Shown piece after piece: positions 37,637-47,322 of a DNA stretch of 63,787 nt (the first letter of the stretch is position 1; each line of letters starts with the position of its first letter). The stretch comes from Longimicrobiales bacterium (lineage in GTDB: Bacteria; Gemmatimonadota; Gemmatimonadetes; Longimicrobiales; RSA9), in the NCBI GenBank assembly GCA_041568755.1, contig JBFFZF010000002.1:1-63787 (forward strand). Direction: 5' to 3'. The notes under the pieces are model-generated. The model had not been told where the DNA came from and ran no database searches. It saw nothing but the letters and a program-made list of their open reading frames with translations. The translations under genes and the position numbers were made by a program.

Positions 37637-39019
37637 ATGCACCGTCTCCCCGATTCTTTCCGAAGGCACCGCATGAGGGCCGTTCGTCCCGCTGTCGCGA
37701 TCGCGCTGCTCGCGGCTGCGTGCGACGGGGGCCTCTTCGAAGAGCCCATCGCCGGTCCGCAGGCGCTTCTCCAGGCCACTTTCCACCGCGTGCAGGTCGA
37801 TGTCACGAACCCGAACGCGCAGCCGGCGCCGAACATCGTCGTCACGGCGACGAACGTGGGCACCGGCGACTACACCCTGGCGCTGACGAACGCGTCGGGG
37901 CGCGCGGTGCTCGAGATCCCTGACGGCAGTTACCTGGTGCATGCCCGTAACCTGCAGAGCGCAGGACCGGCCGTTCCCCGGCCATTGTCGATCGCGCCGC
38001 TGCCCAACAGCGCGGGCCTGCTGCCCACATCCGGGACGCAGAGCGTGAACCGGCTGGGGGTGCTCTGGGACCCGAACGCGCCCGGCGGCGTGGTGCCGCT
38101 CGACCCGGCCAACTACTCGAGGCTCACGGTCAGCCCGCCGCTCGTGCTGGGCGGGGCGCCGAGCAGTCCCCTGATCGGGCTGCAGTTCCTGGCCGGCACG
38201 TCCCTGAACTGCACGTTCTTCGACGGCAACGGCCGGCCGATCAACCTGCCGACGACGGAGAACATATTCGTGGTGCTGCCGCACGGGGCCGGCCCGCTGC
38301 CGCCCGTTCCGGCGTTCCTGGCCGGGTTCAATTTCCCGCGCGGCATCCTGCTGGGTGTGGCGACGGTCCCGGCCGGCCAGAGGGCCTGCTCCCTCGCCGG
38401 CTTCAACCAGGGGCCGACGGGCGCTGTCCTGGAGACCAACACCGTGCCGATCGGTGGCCAGTCGAACGTGTTCGTCGGGCTGGTCCCGCCGGCCGGTGGG
38501 CCGACACCGGCGAACATCCCGCTGATCGCGGGCCCGCAGCTGGCTTCGACGAACTACCTGCTCGACCCGACGGGCGACGCACGCGGCCCGGAGGACCTGG
38601 GCCTGATCACGTCCGGCTGGACGCTGCTCGAGGGGGGCGGAGCCACGGACGACTTCCACGTCATGGCGAGGTTCCGCGGCCTGGGCAGCTACATGCTGGA
38701 TCTCCGTTTTCTCCACCCGGAGAACGGGCAGAAACTGCGAATCCGGGCCACTGTGCTCTGCAACATCGAGCGCTGCGCTCTGAGCAACGTGTCGCCATCC
38801 CATCTGGCCGGACTGGTGTCCGCCCGAGGCGTGATCGTGGGTCGGCCGCAGGGCGACGGCGCGGTGTTCTGGACGGTAAGGCTGCCCGGCGTCTCCTTCG
38901 TCGAATTCAACATCCTCGCCGGCGCGAACCCCTTGAGCGACGTCGCGCCGAACACCGGCGCCGTGGCCGTGCACAAGGACGACGGGAGCGGCAACTCCTG
39001 GATCATTCCGGGTGACTGA
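37637..39019 (+). CDS. Lipoprotein with an N-terminal carboxypeptidase-regulatory-like beta-sandwich
   Basis: Lipobox LLAAAC. The segment VDVTNPNAQPAPNIVVTATNVGTGDYTLALTNASGRAVLEIPDGSYLV looks like a CarboxypepD_reg domain. Confidence 0.55.
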   Translation: MHRLPDSFRRHRMRAVRPAVAIALLAAACDGGLFEEPIAGPQALLQATFHRVQVDVTNPNAQPAPNIVVTATNVGTGDYTLALTNASGRAVLEIPDGSYLVHARNLQSAGPAVPRPLSIAPLPNSAGLLPTSGTQSVNRLGVLWDPNAPGGVVPLDPANYSRLTVSPPLVLGGAPSSPLIGLQFLAGTSLNCTFFDGNGRPINLPTTENIFVVLPHGAGPLPPVPAFLAGFNFPRGILLGVATVPAGQRACSLAGFNQGPTGAVLETNTVPIGGQSNVFVGLVPPAGGPTPANIPLIAGPQLASTNYLLDPTGDARGPEDLGLITSGWTLLEGGGATDDFHVMARFRGLGSYMLDLRFLHPENGQKLRIRATVLCNIERCALSNVSPSHLAGLVSARGVIVGRPQGDGAVFWTVRLPGVSFVEFNILAGANPLSDVAPNTGAVAVHKDDGSGNSWIIPGD

Positions 39020-39043
39020 GCCCTTCCGGTCCGGCAGGTCCGG

Positions 39044-39082
39044 ACGCCCCCGGCGCCCACCCGGCGCCGGGGGCGTTCTTTC
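39044..39082 (+). terminator. Rho-independent terminator
   Basis: 14-bp perfect stem acgcccccggcgcc / ggcgccgggggcgt with loop caccc, followed by ttctttc. Confidence 0.7.
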
Positions 39083-39138
39083 GACCCGATGGCCCGACGC
39101 GAGCCGAGCCGCCGCGGGTCCGGTGGCGAGACACGGGG

Positions 39139-41727
39139 TCAGGCCGCAGCGGCATTGAGCCGAACGAGGGCCACGATCTCGACGGTCCGATCGGCAGCGG
39201 GGTTCCCGAATTCGGCCCGATCGAGCTCCGCCTCGAGCCGGGAGAGCAGCACCGCGAGGCGGGCAGGACCGCTGCCGTCGCCGGTCGCGGACGCATCCTG
39301 AAGCAGGATCTCGTCGAGCCGGCGGGCGAGACCGGACCGGGTGCCGTATCGGAGCCGCCCGAGAAGCGCATCGACGCGCAGACAGAGGGCCGGGTCGGGG
39401 CCGCCCGGCAAACGGCTCAGCGAGCGGGTCAGCCCGCGCGCGATGCCGCGCTCCGTCCGCCCGGCCCCGCGAGACTCCGGTCGGGTGTCGGCCGTCAGGA
39501 AGCGGATCGCCGCAGCGTACGCGCGGCGCGCAGCCGCGACGTCCGGGCCAGCGCCAGGAGCCGGCGTCGAGGACGCATCGAGGAGCGCACGCAGCACCGC
39601 GTCGCGATCACGAAGGACCCGTCCGCCCTCATCCACGACCAGCCAGGATACCGCCGCGCCCGAGAGCGCGATTACGCCCCACGGACCCGCGCCCATGGCT
39701 GAGACAGGGACGTGAACGGCGGCGCGATCGGCACCCGGTTCCTCGCCCCCGACCCCGGCTGCGCCCCTGACCAGACCCCAGGCCGCGCGGTCGATGGCGG
39801 TGTGCAGCCCCTCGTCGAGCGGATCCGTGACGGTGGCCGCCTCCTCCAGGTCGGCGAACACGGATCCGTCACCGGCCGCGATCCGGCCGACGACCTCGCG
39901 GAAGGCGACGCGGCGCCCCGCGCCGGACGCCGTGCGCGCCGAGGCGCCGCCCAGGCCGCGCCGGGCCGCGGCGAGCTTGCGCCGGATCCGGGAGACGAGC
40001 CCGAGCACAGCGTCCAGGTCACGGTCCGGAATGAAGTTGCAGGAACGTACCACGCGATGGGGTGAGCCCAGGCGGTCGATGCGCCCCAGCCGCTGGATCA
40101 GCCGTACGGGGTTCCAGGGCAGGTCGTAGCTGATCACGGCCGCCGCGTCCTGCAGGTTGAGTCCTTCCGACAGCACGTCCGTCGCGATGAGCGTATCGAT
40201 CGCCTGGCCCGGCGCGGGCTCGGGCGCTTCATTGGCGACAGGCGCGAACCGTTCGACGACCAGGCGGCGCGGTACCGGGCCCGAGGCGATGCGCGCCTCG
40301 TCACCGTGGATCAGCCCGACGCGGCCCGCCGGCGCGAGCTCCCGGAAAAGGTGGGCGGCCGTCTCACGGAACTCCGAGAAGATGATCACGCGGCCGTCGC
40401 CCCAGTCCCCGGCCAGCAGTGCCCGCAGCGCTGCGATCTTCGGATCTCCTTCCCGGACCGCCTGTTCCGCGAGCTCCGCGACGGCCTGGAGCCGGTCCAG
40501 ATCGGCCGCGACGCCAGCGTCGAGCGCGCCCACGGACAACCCGCGAGGGAGCGGATCCAGCACCAGCTCGAAAAGCGTGAGCTGGCCGGCGTGGAACCGC
40601 CCTGCCCCGCGAAAGTCGGTGGGCCGCAGGAGCAGCCCTCCCGCGAGCGCCGTCCGGAACGCGTGGAGGTAATCCGTGAGCCTGGCGATGCTCGCGGCGA
40701 AGGCCACGAGCCCGGACTCGAGGCGTTTGAGCAGGACGAAGCGCACGAGCTCGATGCGTTCCGTTGCACGGGACCTGATGTTACGGCTTCGGTTACGGGC
40801 GAGGCGGGAGAGGCCGAAGGGCTGGAGGTGGAGGGCGCCAAGATGGTCGAGCATGGCCGGGGCGCCGCGCAGCGACCAGCGCACCGCGAGCGGTGGGGCC
40901 CGGTCCGGAAACCTGGGCCCATCCTCGGCGTACGCCGCCCGGATTTCGCGGCGGCTGCGCCGGACCAGCACCGCGCAAACGGCCCGCACGAACGCAGGCG
41001 GCGCGGCCGCGTCCGGCGGGGCGGTTGCAGCCGACTCGAACGTCTCACGGAGCGACGGCACGCCGAGGTCGGTCAGGCCGCCATCAGGGAGGAAGAGCCG
41101 GATCAGGAAATACAGGTCCTGCAATCGGTTGTTGATCGGTGTCGCGGTCAGCAGCAGCACGCGGCCGGTCCGGCACAGGGCGGCCAGCCCGGCGTATCGG
41201 CGCGTCCGCGCGTTCCGGAACGTGTGCGCCTCATCGACGATGACGAGGTCCGGCGCGCCGATCCAGGCCGGCCACCGCCCCAGTCCGATCATCGAGTGGG
41301 ACAGGACCAGCATCCCGGCAGGACCGGAAGACATTGCTGGACCGGCGGTTCCGCCGCGAGACCGGATCGGCAGTCCGCGGGCCGCGGCCACGGGCGCGAG
41401 GCGCCGGGTCCAGAGGCCGCAGATCGGGGCCGGGGCCGCGACCAGGACGGTGCGCGCGCCGGCGCGGATGCTCTCATCGATCAGTCCCAGTGCGACATAG
41501 GTCTTTCCAATGCCGGCCGGATCCGCGACCAGGACGCCGCCCCGGTGCTGGAGGATTCGCCAGCTGCGCCGGACGGCGTCGGCTTGAAAGCGGGTGAGGT
41601 CGACCGGCGGATCCGGGCGCGGCGGCGGGTCGAGCGCGGCCAGGCGGCCGAAGACGTGGCGTGCGGCCTCCGCGGGTGACGCCGGCAGGAACCGGCCCGG
41701 CCGTGCGACGGGGCGAGCCGCGGTCAC
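39139..41727 (-). CDS. SNF2/RAD54-family helicase (SF2 translocase) with a ~280-aa C-terminal extension of unknown function
   Basis: Motif I DPAGIGKT, motif II VIVDEAHTFRN, motif III LLLTATPINN, and the helicase-C region SEGLNLQDAAAVISYDLPWNPVRLIQRLGRIDRLGS. GTG start. Confidence 0.88.
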   Translation of the reverse strand: MTAARPVARPGRFLPASPAEAARHVFGRLAALDPPPRPDPPVDLTRFQADAVRRSWRILQHRGGVLVADPAGIGKTYVALGLIDESIRAGARTVLVAAPAPICGLWTRRLAPVAAARGLPIRSRGGTAGPAMSSGPAGMLVLSHSMIGLGRWPAWIGAPDLVIVDEAHTFRNARTRRYAGLAALCRTGRVLLLTATPINNRLQDLYFLIRLFLPDGGLTDLGVPSLRETFESAATAPPDAAAPPAFVRAVCAVLVRRSRREIRAAYAEDGPRFPDRAPPLAVRWSLRGAPAMLDHLGALHLQPFGLSRLARNRSRNIRSRATERIELVRFVLLKRLESGLVAFAASIARLTDYLHAFRTALAGGLLLRPTDFRGAGRFHAGQLTLFELVLDPLPRGLSVGALDAGVAADLDRLQAVAELAEQAVREGDPKIAALRALLAGDWGDGRVIIFSEFRETAAHLFRELAPAGRVGLIHGDEARIASGPVPRRLVVERFAPVANEAPEPAPGQAIDTLIATDVLSEGLNLQDAAAVISYDLPWNPVRLIQRLGRIDRLGSPHRVVRSCNFIPDRDLDAVLGLVSRIRRKLAAARRGLGGASARTASGAGRRVAFREVVGRIAAGDGSVFADLEEAATVTDPLDEGLHTAIDRAAWGLVRGAAGVGGEEPGADRAAVHVPVSAMGAGPWGVIALSGAAVSWLVVDEGGRVLRDRDAVLRALLDASSTPAPGAGPDVAAARRAYAAAIRFLTADTRPESRGAGRTERGIARGLTRSLSRLPGGPDPALCLRVDALLGRLRYGTRSGLARRLDEILLQDASATGDGSGPARLAVLLSRLEAELDRAEFGNPAADRTVEIVALVRLNAAAA

Positions 41728-41755
41728 GCTGGACCGGGCGACTCGGGGACCGGCC

Positions 41756-42352
41756 TCATCCGGGGCCGAGGGCGGTGGCGATGACGTCGAGCACGTCCCA
41801 CGCCTGGAGCCAGAGTTCGTCGAAGCGCCGGCCGGCGGATGCGACCGCGGCCGGGGCCGTGATGAGGGAGGTCAGACGGGGCCCGGCCCGGCCGGTGTCG
41901 CCATCCAGCCCGAGCCAGCCGACGAGACAGGCGGCGCCATGAGCGGGCTGACCTGCCGAGCCGGCGAAGACCGCGAAATCCGGGACCCACCGGGTGGTGC
42001 CGGCGGACCTTATCTCGAGGCGTCCTTCGGCGATGAGGCGGCGCAGGGCGTCGAGCGCTGCGCCGCGTTCGGCGTGGGTCCGGCCGGCGGCGGCGGCGTC
42101 GGCCAGCGCATCGACATCCAGCACGCCGAGCAGAACGCGGCAGCGTGTGACGCGCAGTTCGTCAGGCCGGAAATCCAGGGCCGCGAGCCGGACCCGGCGC
42201 ACCGCGAAATCGGCGGTCGCCGAGCGGGCGAGCAGGTGACCCAGCAGATCCCGGACGCGCGGTCTCCGCTCCTGATCGAGAAGCACGCCCCGGTTGGCGG
42301 TGCGCAGGTGGAAGGGGATCCCACCGTCGCCGGTCGCCTCGCGGATGCTCAT
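41756..42352 (-). CDS. Hypothetical 198-aa protein; very tentatively a degenerate (HKD-less) PLD-like fold
   Basis: Its ATG overlaps the methyltransferase stop (ATGA). The protein contains no lysine, so no HxK motif is possible. The segment ...LEIRSAGTTRWVPDFAVFAGSAG weakly recalls the region around the GSxN of PLD nucleases. Confidence 0.5.
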   Translation of the reverse strand: MSIREATGDGGIPFHLRTANRGVLLDQERRPRVRDLLGHLLARSATADFAVRRVRLAALDFRPDELRVTRCRVLLGVLDVDALADAAAAGRTHAERGAALDALRRLIAEGRLEIRSAGTTRWVPDFAVFAGSAGQPAHGAACLVGWLGLDGDTGRAGPRLTSLITAPAAVASAGRRFDELWLQAWDVLDVIATALGPG

Positions 42353-45300
42353 CCCAGCCAGCCCGCGAAGCTCTGAAGTGTGCGAACGGCACGTGCATCG
42401 AGTCCGTACGCCCGCGCGACGATCGAGTCCATCTCTTGTTGCGCAACCGGCGCAGCCGCTCCCGCGGTGTGGGCAGCTTCCGAGAGCGAAGCCAGGCGAT
42501 CCGTCCAGGCTGCCGTCCGCCAGTCGGCAGGCAGCGGCAGCGCGCCGATCGTCCAGGCGAAGAAACGGAAGCGCGCGTCCTTGGCGCGCTCCGCGATGGC
42601 GCGCGCGAAGGTGCGCACGGGCAGCGCATTGAAGAAGGCGGCGAGCAGCAGGGCGTCCCTGCGGTTCCGTACAGGCACGAAGTAGACCGAGTTGAGCGGC
42701 ACGATGGGGAGCCAGCCGAACGGCGTCCGCGTTACCGCGGGTACGGCGACGGCATTGAGCGTCGCGGCCAGGTCGTGCCAGACGACCTTGTGGCCCAGCG
42801 CATCAGGCGTGACGCGGAACAGCCTGCCCGGCGGGTCACTCGAGCGGAGACCGGAACGGCGGTCGAGGCGATCCGCGTGCCGCTGCAGGTACGCGCGCAG
42901 CCGCCGGGGCGGCTGGTGGGCGAGTGCGCCGTCCCCGTGGGTCCAGACGACCCAGAGTTCGCGCGTCCAGGCCCACGGTCCGACGTCGCTGCCGCGCAGG
43001 AGCGGCCGGATGGCCGTCGCCTCGACCAGCGCTTCGTATCGATCGCGCTCGGCCGTCCTCGCCCCGTTGCTCGGGTCTTCGCCCCGCGAGCGATCGTGCG
43101 AGCGATGCCTGTCGCCGCGCGCTGACCAGCCGGTGGCGCGCACGGTGGCGAGGTCGCCGAGCCGGGCCGTCACGCGCTCGAGCACGAGCACGTCGTTGGC
43201 GCCGGTGAAGATGCCGCGCCGGACGCGCAGGCCGGTGTGCAGGCCGAGCAGCGGACCCGCCGCCTGCATCGTGCGGAACACGCGCGTGACACGGCGCGGT
43301 GCGATGAGCCAGGGCGATTCGATGTCGTCGGGGAAGAGCGGCAGCTCGTTCTGCGGGATCCTGAAGGCGCGGGGACGCCGGCCGCGTCGGATCATGCACA
43401 CGCGGACGCGCGTGGCCGGGGCACCGCGCGTCGCGACGATCGCAGCTGCGAACGCGTCGGCGCGGAAGATCGACCGCTGGTCCAGGCTGTGATCTTCGAC
43501 GGACGAGATCGCGGTGTCACGCAGAAGCATGCGGCGCGCCGAGCCGCCGTAAAGCGAGCGGAGGATCTTGGCGGGCATCAGCATGCCGAGTGTGCCATGA
43601 GGCGCGAGCAGCGCGAGCACGCGTTCGAGGAAGAGCAGCGACAGATCGATCTGTGCGGCTGCCGCGCGCGGTGCGCCGGCGAGCCGCGTGCCGGCACGCC
43701 AGCCCGGGCTGCGGCAGACCGCGTATCGCGAGCGGACCGCGCTGGCGAGCGCGGCGGGCCAGCGGTGTGCGCGAATCCACGGCGGGTTGGAAACGACGAG
43801 GTCGAAGCCGTGCAGGGCGGCGTCGGCGAAGTGGACGCCGAAGCTGAAGAAGGGCAGTGCGCGGCCGTCCTCCAGCGCGCGCCGGATCCTGGCCGTGTCG
43901 GCGGTCCGCGTTTCGATCCGACCGATCGCGCTCGCCGCCGCGCGTGCCGCCGTCGACGGCTGCTGCCAGAGGTCCCGCTCGGCGGCGCGCGCCCGCGCTT
44001 CGGCGAGCTGGCCGGCAAGGCGGTGTTCGATCGCATCGATCCACGCGGCGGCGAGTCGGGCCTCACCGTCTGCGAGATCCTTCAGCAGATGGGACCGCTC
44101 GTCGGGGTCGGCCGCGATGTACCGGGTCGACGCGGGTGTGAGCGCCCGCACTGCCGCTCGCACGCGCGCATCGATGGCGGCGCCCCGATCGACGACATGC
44201 GCGCGCGTGCCAGGCATGGCGAGATCGAGCGGGTCGAGCAGGGCGTCACCCTGACGGATGCGGCGGTCCAGGTTGGGCAGCGGATCGACGACCCGGCCGG
44301 CCGCGGGGACGGAGAGCGCCAGCCAGAGTCGCAGCGCGCAGAGCAGGGCCGCATCACCCTGGATGTCGACGCCGTAGATGCCGCGCGTGACGATGTCGCG
44401 GCGGAGCGCGTCCCCGTCGTGCCGTACATCGAGCGTTGCCCGCAGCGCCGCGATGCGCGACAGCGCGCCCAGCAGAAACGCACCGGACCCGCAGGCCGGG
44501 TCGAGCACACGGAGCCCCGCCGCGGCGCGCGCGAGCCGTTGCCTCGCCCGCGCATCCGCCACGTCCCGGGACCGGGTGCGCATCAGCCGATCGAGCATCG
44601 CGTCCGTGAGACCGGTACGGGCGGCGAGGTGCGCGCTCAGCGCGCGCGGCACGAGGCGATCGACGACGGCCGGCGGTGTGAAGAACGTGCCCGTATCACC
44701 GCGCCGATCCTCCGCCATCATGCCTTCGAAGACACGACCCAGCATCTCGGGATCGATGCCGGCGGCGAACGCGCCATCCACGATGTCGTCGGCATGATCG
44801 CGCGCCGTGAACCGATAGCGCTCGAGCAACTCCTCGAAGAGTGCGGCGCTCACCTCGTCGGCCAGGTCCAGTCCGTCGAAACGCTGCTCCAGCCGCGTCC
44901 GCTCGAACAGGCCGCCGTTCAGGTAAGGCAACGGCCCGAGTGCCCGGGCGGCGGCCGTGCGCCGCTCAGGCCGCGTGTTCAGTGCGCCGAAGAAGAGCGG
45001 GACCAGGACGTCGCGATGAAACGTCGTGCCGATGCGCGGCTGACGTTGCCAGCGCCGCAGCAGCCCGGGCAGGAACGCCGGATCGCCGGCCAGGTGACCC
45101 TGACGCTGCAGGAAATACAGGAACATCAATCGGCACAGGTGCAGCAGGGCCAGCTGTTCGCGCTCCGCGCGCAGCCGCCGAGGGATGCTGGTCCACCCGG
45201 TCGCGACGCGGGTGCGGTGTGCCCGGAACTCGAGGAAGAAGCGGCGGCCGACCCGCGCGCGGTCGAGGGCACGCGCGTATCGGATCGCCAGCGCGACGCC

Positions 45301-45762
45301 TCCCTCGCCGGGACGCGCGACCATCTCGGCGAGCGTCTCGAGGTCCGTCGGGCGCGGCTGTTGCCGCTGGAGCACCAGGTCGCGCAGCACGCCGTCGAGA
45401 CCGGATGCGGTCAGGCCGACCGTCCGGTAGCGGGCATCGGCGAAAAGCACGAGGTGCTGCGCGGTCGCGTCGCGGCCGGCGATGCTGCGCGCCCATGCGG
45501 CCGTCGCGCGGGCCGACACCTGGCCGTCGAGCTGTACGAGCGTGAGGCGCATGCCGGCCCGCTCGGCGATCGACCAGGCCCGGCCGTCCGCGCGGCCCTC
45601 GGCCGGGCCCGGGCCGTCGGGCCGGGGGTCCAGGGACGCGAAGCCGAGCGCGGCCGCGAGGGACGCGGCACGGGCCGGTCGATCGAAGCCCGCGAGGGCC
45701 CGTTCCAGTTCAGCGGTCGAGGTCGCCACGCGCGACAAGAAGCGCGCGCTGGCGGGGCACAT
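42349..45762 (-). CDS. Large gamma-class N6-adenine DNA methyltransferase, Eco57I/MmeI/PglX-like
   Basis: YLNGGLFE, TGTFFTPPAVVDRLV, motif I RVLDPACGSGAFLLGAL and motif IV DLVVSNPPWIR. A ~450-aa region after motif IV is the presumed TRD. The N-terminal ~170 aa are unassigned. Confidence 0.85.
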   Translation of the reverse strand: MCPASARFLSRVATSTAELERALAGFDRPARAASLAAALGFASLDPRPDGPGPAEGRADGRAWSIAERAGMRLTLVQLDGQVSARATAAWARSIAGRDATAQHLVLFADARYRTVGLTASGLDGVLRDLVLQRQQPRPTDLETLAEMVARPGEGGVALAIRYARALDRARVGRRFFLEFRAHRTRVATGWTSIPRRLRAEREQLALLHLCRLMFLYFLQRQGHLAGDPAFLPGLLRRWQRQPRIGTTFHRDVLVPLFFGALNTRPERRTAAARALGPLPYLNGGLFERTRLEQRFDGLDLADEVSAALFEELLERYRFTARDHADDIVDGAFAAGIDPEMLGRVFEGMMAEDRRGDTGTFFTPPAVVDRLVPRALSAHLAARTGLTDAMLDRLMRTRSRDVADARARQRLARAAAGLRVLDPACGSGAFLLGALSRIAALRATLDVRHDGDALRRDIVTRGIYGVDIQGDAALLCALRLWLALSVPAAGRVVDPLPNLDRRIRQGDALLDPLDLAMPGTRAHVVDRGAAIDARVRAAVRALTPASTRYIAADPDERSHLLKDLADGEARLAAAWIDAIEHRLAGQLAEARARAAERDLWQQPSTAARAAASAIGRIETRTADTARIRRALEDGRALPFFSFGVHFADAALHGFDLVVSNPPWIRAHRWPAALASAVRSRYAVCRSPGWRAGTRLAGAPRAAAAQIDLSLLFLERVLALLAPHGTLGMLMPAKILRSLYGGSARRMLLRDTAISSVEDHSLDQRSIFRADAFAAAIVATRGAPATRVRVCMIRRGRRPRAFRIPQNELPLFPDDIESPWLIAPRRVTRVFRTMQAAGPLLGLHTGLRVRRGIFTGANDVLVLERVTARLGDLATVRATGWSARGDRHRSHDRSRGEDPSNGARTAERDRYEALVEATAIRPLLRGSDVGPWAWTRELWVVWTHGDGALAHQPPRRLRAYLQRHADRLDRRSGLRSSDPPGRLFRVTPDALGHKVVWHDLAATLNAVAVPAVTRTPFGWLPIVPLNSVYFVPVRNRRDALLLAAFFNALPVRTFARAIAERAKDARFRFFAWTIGALPLPADWRTAAWTDRLASLSEAAHTAGAAAPVAQQEMDSIVARAYGLDARAVRTLQSFAGWLG

Positions 45763-45882
45763 CCATGGACGGATGGGAAGACTTGCGGAAGCGCGAGGCC
45801 CCTCCAGGCCGTAGCCCGGAGGGGCCCCTCCGTTCTTCGTGAAAGGCCCGGCGTTCGACGGGCCAGACCGCTCAGCGCATGC

Positions 45883-47322
45883 CTACTGGATCGCGCGGTA
45901 CGCGTTCACGCGGCCCTTGCCGTAGAACGGATCGGTGCCGGGCTCGCCCAGGTCATCCGCCGTCTGGTGGAGGCGCTGCCGGACGAGGCCGGGCTGCTTC
46001 TTGCCGAGTTTGCCGACGAGGAGCGCGGCGACGCCCGAAGCGTGCGGTGCGGCCATGCTGGTCCCGTTGATGCCCAGGATGAACGTGCCCGTCTGGCAGA
46101 TCGGGATCGGCAAGCTGAAGCGCGAGCAGGCGGCCCACACCAGCCCGCCGGGGCCCGTCAGCCCGCTGCGGCCACCCGGCGCAGCGACGTCGATGGCGGA
46201 GCGGCCGTAGTTGCTGTACGGGGCCCGCATGTCGACGTTCGTCCACGGCCCGTTCACCCCGGCGGCGGCCGTCGGTGCGGTCGCGGAGACGCACGCCGTA
46301 ATGGCCTGGTCGCAGTACGAAGCGTAGAGGCTCGGGTACTGCGTGCCATCCGGCGCAATGTGGTGATCGAGGTCGAAGTTGGCGTTGCCGGCTGCGACGA
46401 CCACGACCGCGCCCTTCCGGTTGGCGTAGTTGAACGATCGATTGATGACGGCGACGAGGCCCGGGTTCGAATCCTTCAGGAAGAGGCCGCCCAGGCTCAT
46501 GTTGATGACGTCGGCACCCGCGTCCGCCGCGTACATGACGCCGGCCAGGACCCCGCTGGTGGGACAGGAGCCGAACCTGTTGCAGACCTTGACGCCTACG
46601 AGCGTCGTCATCGAGGTCACGCCGGCGGCGGCGAGCGCGTTGCTGCTGACGGTGGCGCCCACGTGCGTGCCGTGGAAATGGAGGTCGGCGATCGGGTGCG
46701 CGCCCGGGAACAGGGCCGCGACCACCGCGTCATCGGCGGGAACGAACGAGCGCGAGCGGCCTAGGTCGACCCGGCCGACAAGATCCGGATGTGTGTAATC
46801 AATGCCGGTGTCGAGGATCGCGACGGTCACGCCGGGCGAGCCCAGGTAACCGGCCGCCCAGGCCATGTCGGCCTGGATGGCCCGCAGGTGCCACTGCCGC
46901 GGGTACCGGGTTGCCGTTGTGGGATCGTTCGGGCTCGCGACCTCCGCGGACGAGGCATCGACGACCTCTTCGCCGCCCACCGGGTCGAGCGACAGCACGT
47001 AGTCCGGCGAGATGGCGCGGACCTCGTCCGTTGCGACCAGCGCCTCGACCGCCGCGTCGGAAAGCCCGCGGACCACGGCCACGCCGATGGCGTTGTACGG
47101 CGTCACGACGGTCCCGCCTGCGTTCCGGATGATCTGCGCGAAATTCGGGGGCAGCCGCTGCCCTTCCATCACGACCAGCTGGTCGCCTGTGGACTGGAGC
47201 CCGTTCGGCAACGTGGTGAACGCCGGGGCTTCCTGCTCGACCGGTATCGTCGCGTCGCTGGCGCAGGCGACCAGGGCGAGGACGGCGAGCAGGCACACGG
47301 AACTGCGCACGGCATGGTGCAT
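45883..47322 (-). CDS. S8 (subtilisin-family) serine peptidase, secreted
   Basis: The Asp/His/Ser triad contexts are AILDTGID, HGTHVGATV and GTSMAAPHASG. A GGAGG SD lies 7 nt upstream. Signal/lipobox VLALVAC. Confidence 0.9.
   Translation of the reverse strand: MHHAVRSSVCLLAVLALVACASDATIPVEQEAPAFTTLPNGLQSTGDQLVVMEGQRLPPNFAQIIRNAGGTVVTPYNAIGVAVVRGLSDAAVEALVATDEVRAISPDYVLSLDPVGGEEVVDASSAEVASPNDPTTATRYPRQWHLRAIQADMAWAAGYLGSPGVTVAILDTGIDYTHPDLVGRVDLGRSRSFVPADDAVVAALFPGAHPIADLHFHGTHVGATVSSNALAAAGVTSMTTLVGVKVCNRFGSCPTSGVLAGVMYAADAGADVINMSLGGLFLKDSNPGLVAVINRSFNYANRKGAVVVVAAGNANFDLDHHIAPDGTQYPSLYASYCDQAITACVSATAPTAAAGVNGPWTNVDMRAPYSNYGRSAIDVAAPGGRSGLTGPGGLVWAACSRFSLPIPICQTGTFILGINGTSMAAPHASGVAALLVGKLGKKQPGLVRQRLHQTADDLGEPGTDPFYGKGRVNAYRAIQ

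Noticed and set aside
39139-45762. Calling the cassette BREX, DISARM or a type ISP/III R-M system
   Set aside because: PglZ, BrxC/PglY and BrxA/B (BREX), DrmA/DrmB-DUF1998 (DISARM), and an Mrr/PD-(D/E)xK or Res-type nuclease are not detectable in the cassette or its flanks. The helicase is a separate SNF2 protein, not fused to the MTase. I therefore report it as unclassified rather than assigning it to a family.
43237-46764. 1175-aa + strand ORF
   Set aside because: It is antisense to the methyltransferase and S8 protease genes, both of which have clear catalytic motifs. It shows Arg/Gly/Asp-rich junk composition and spans an intergenic region.
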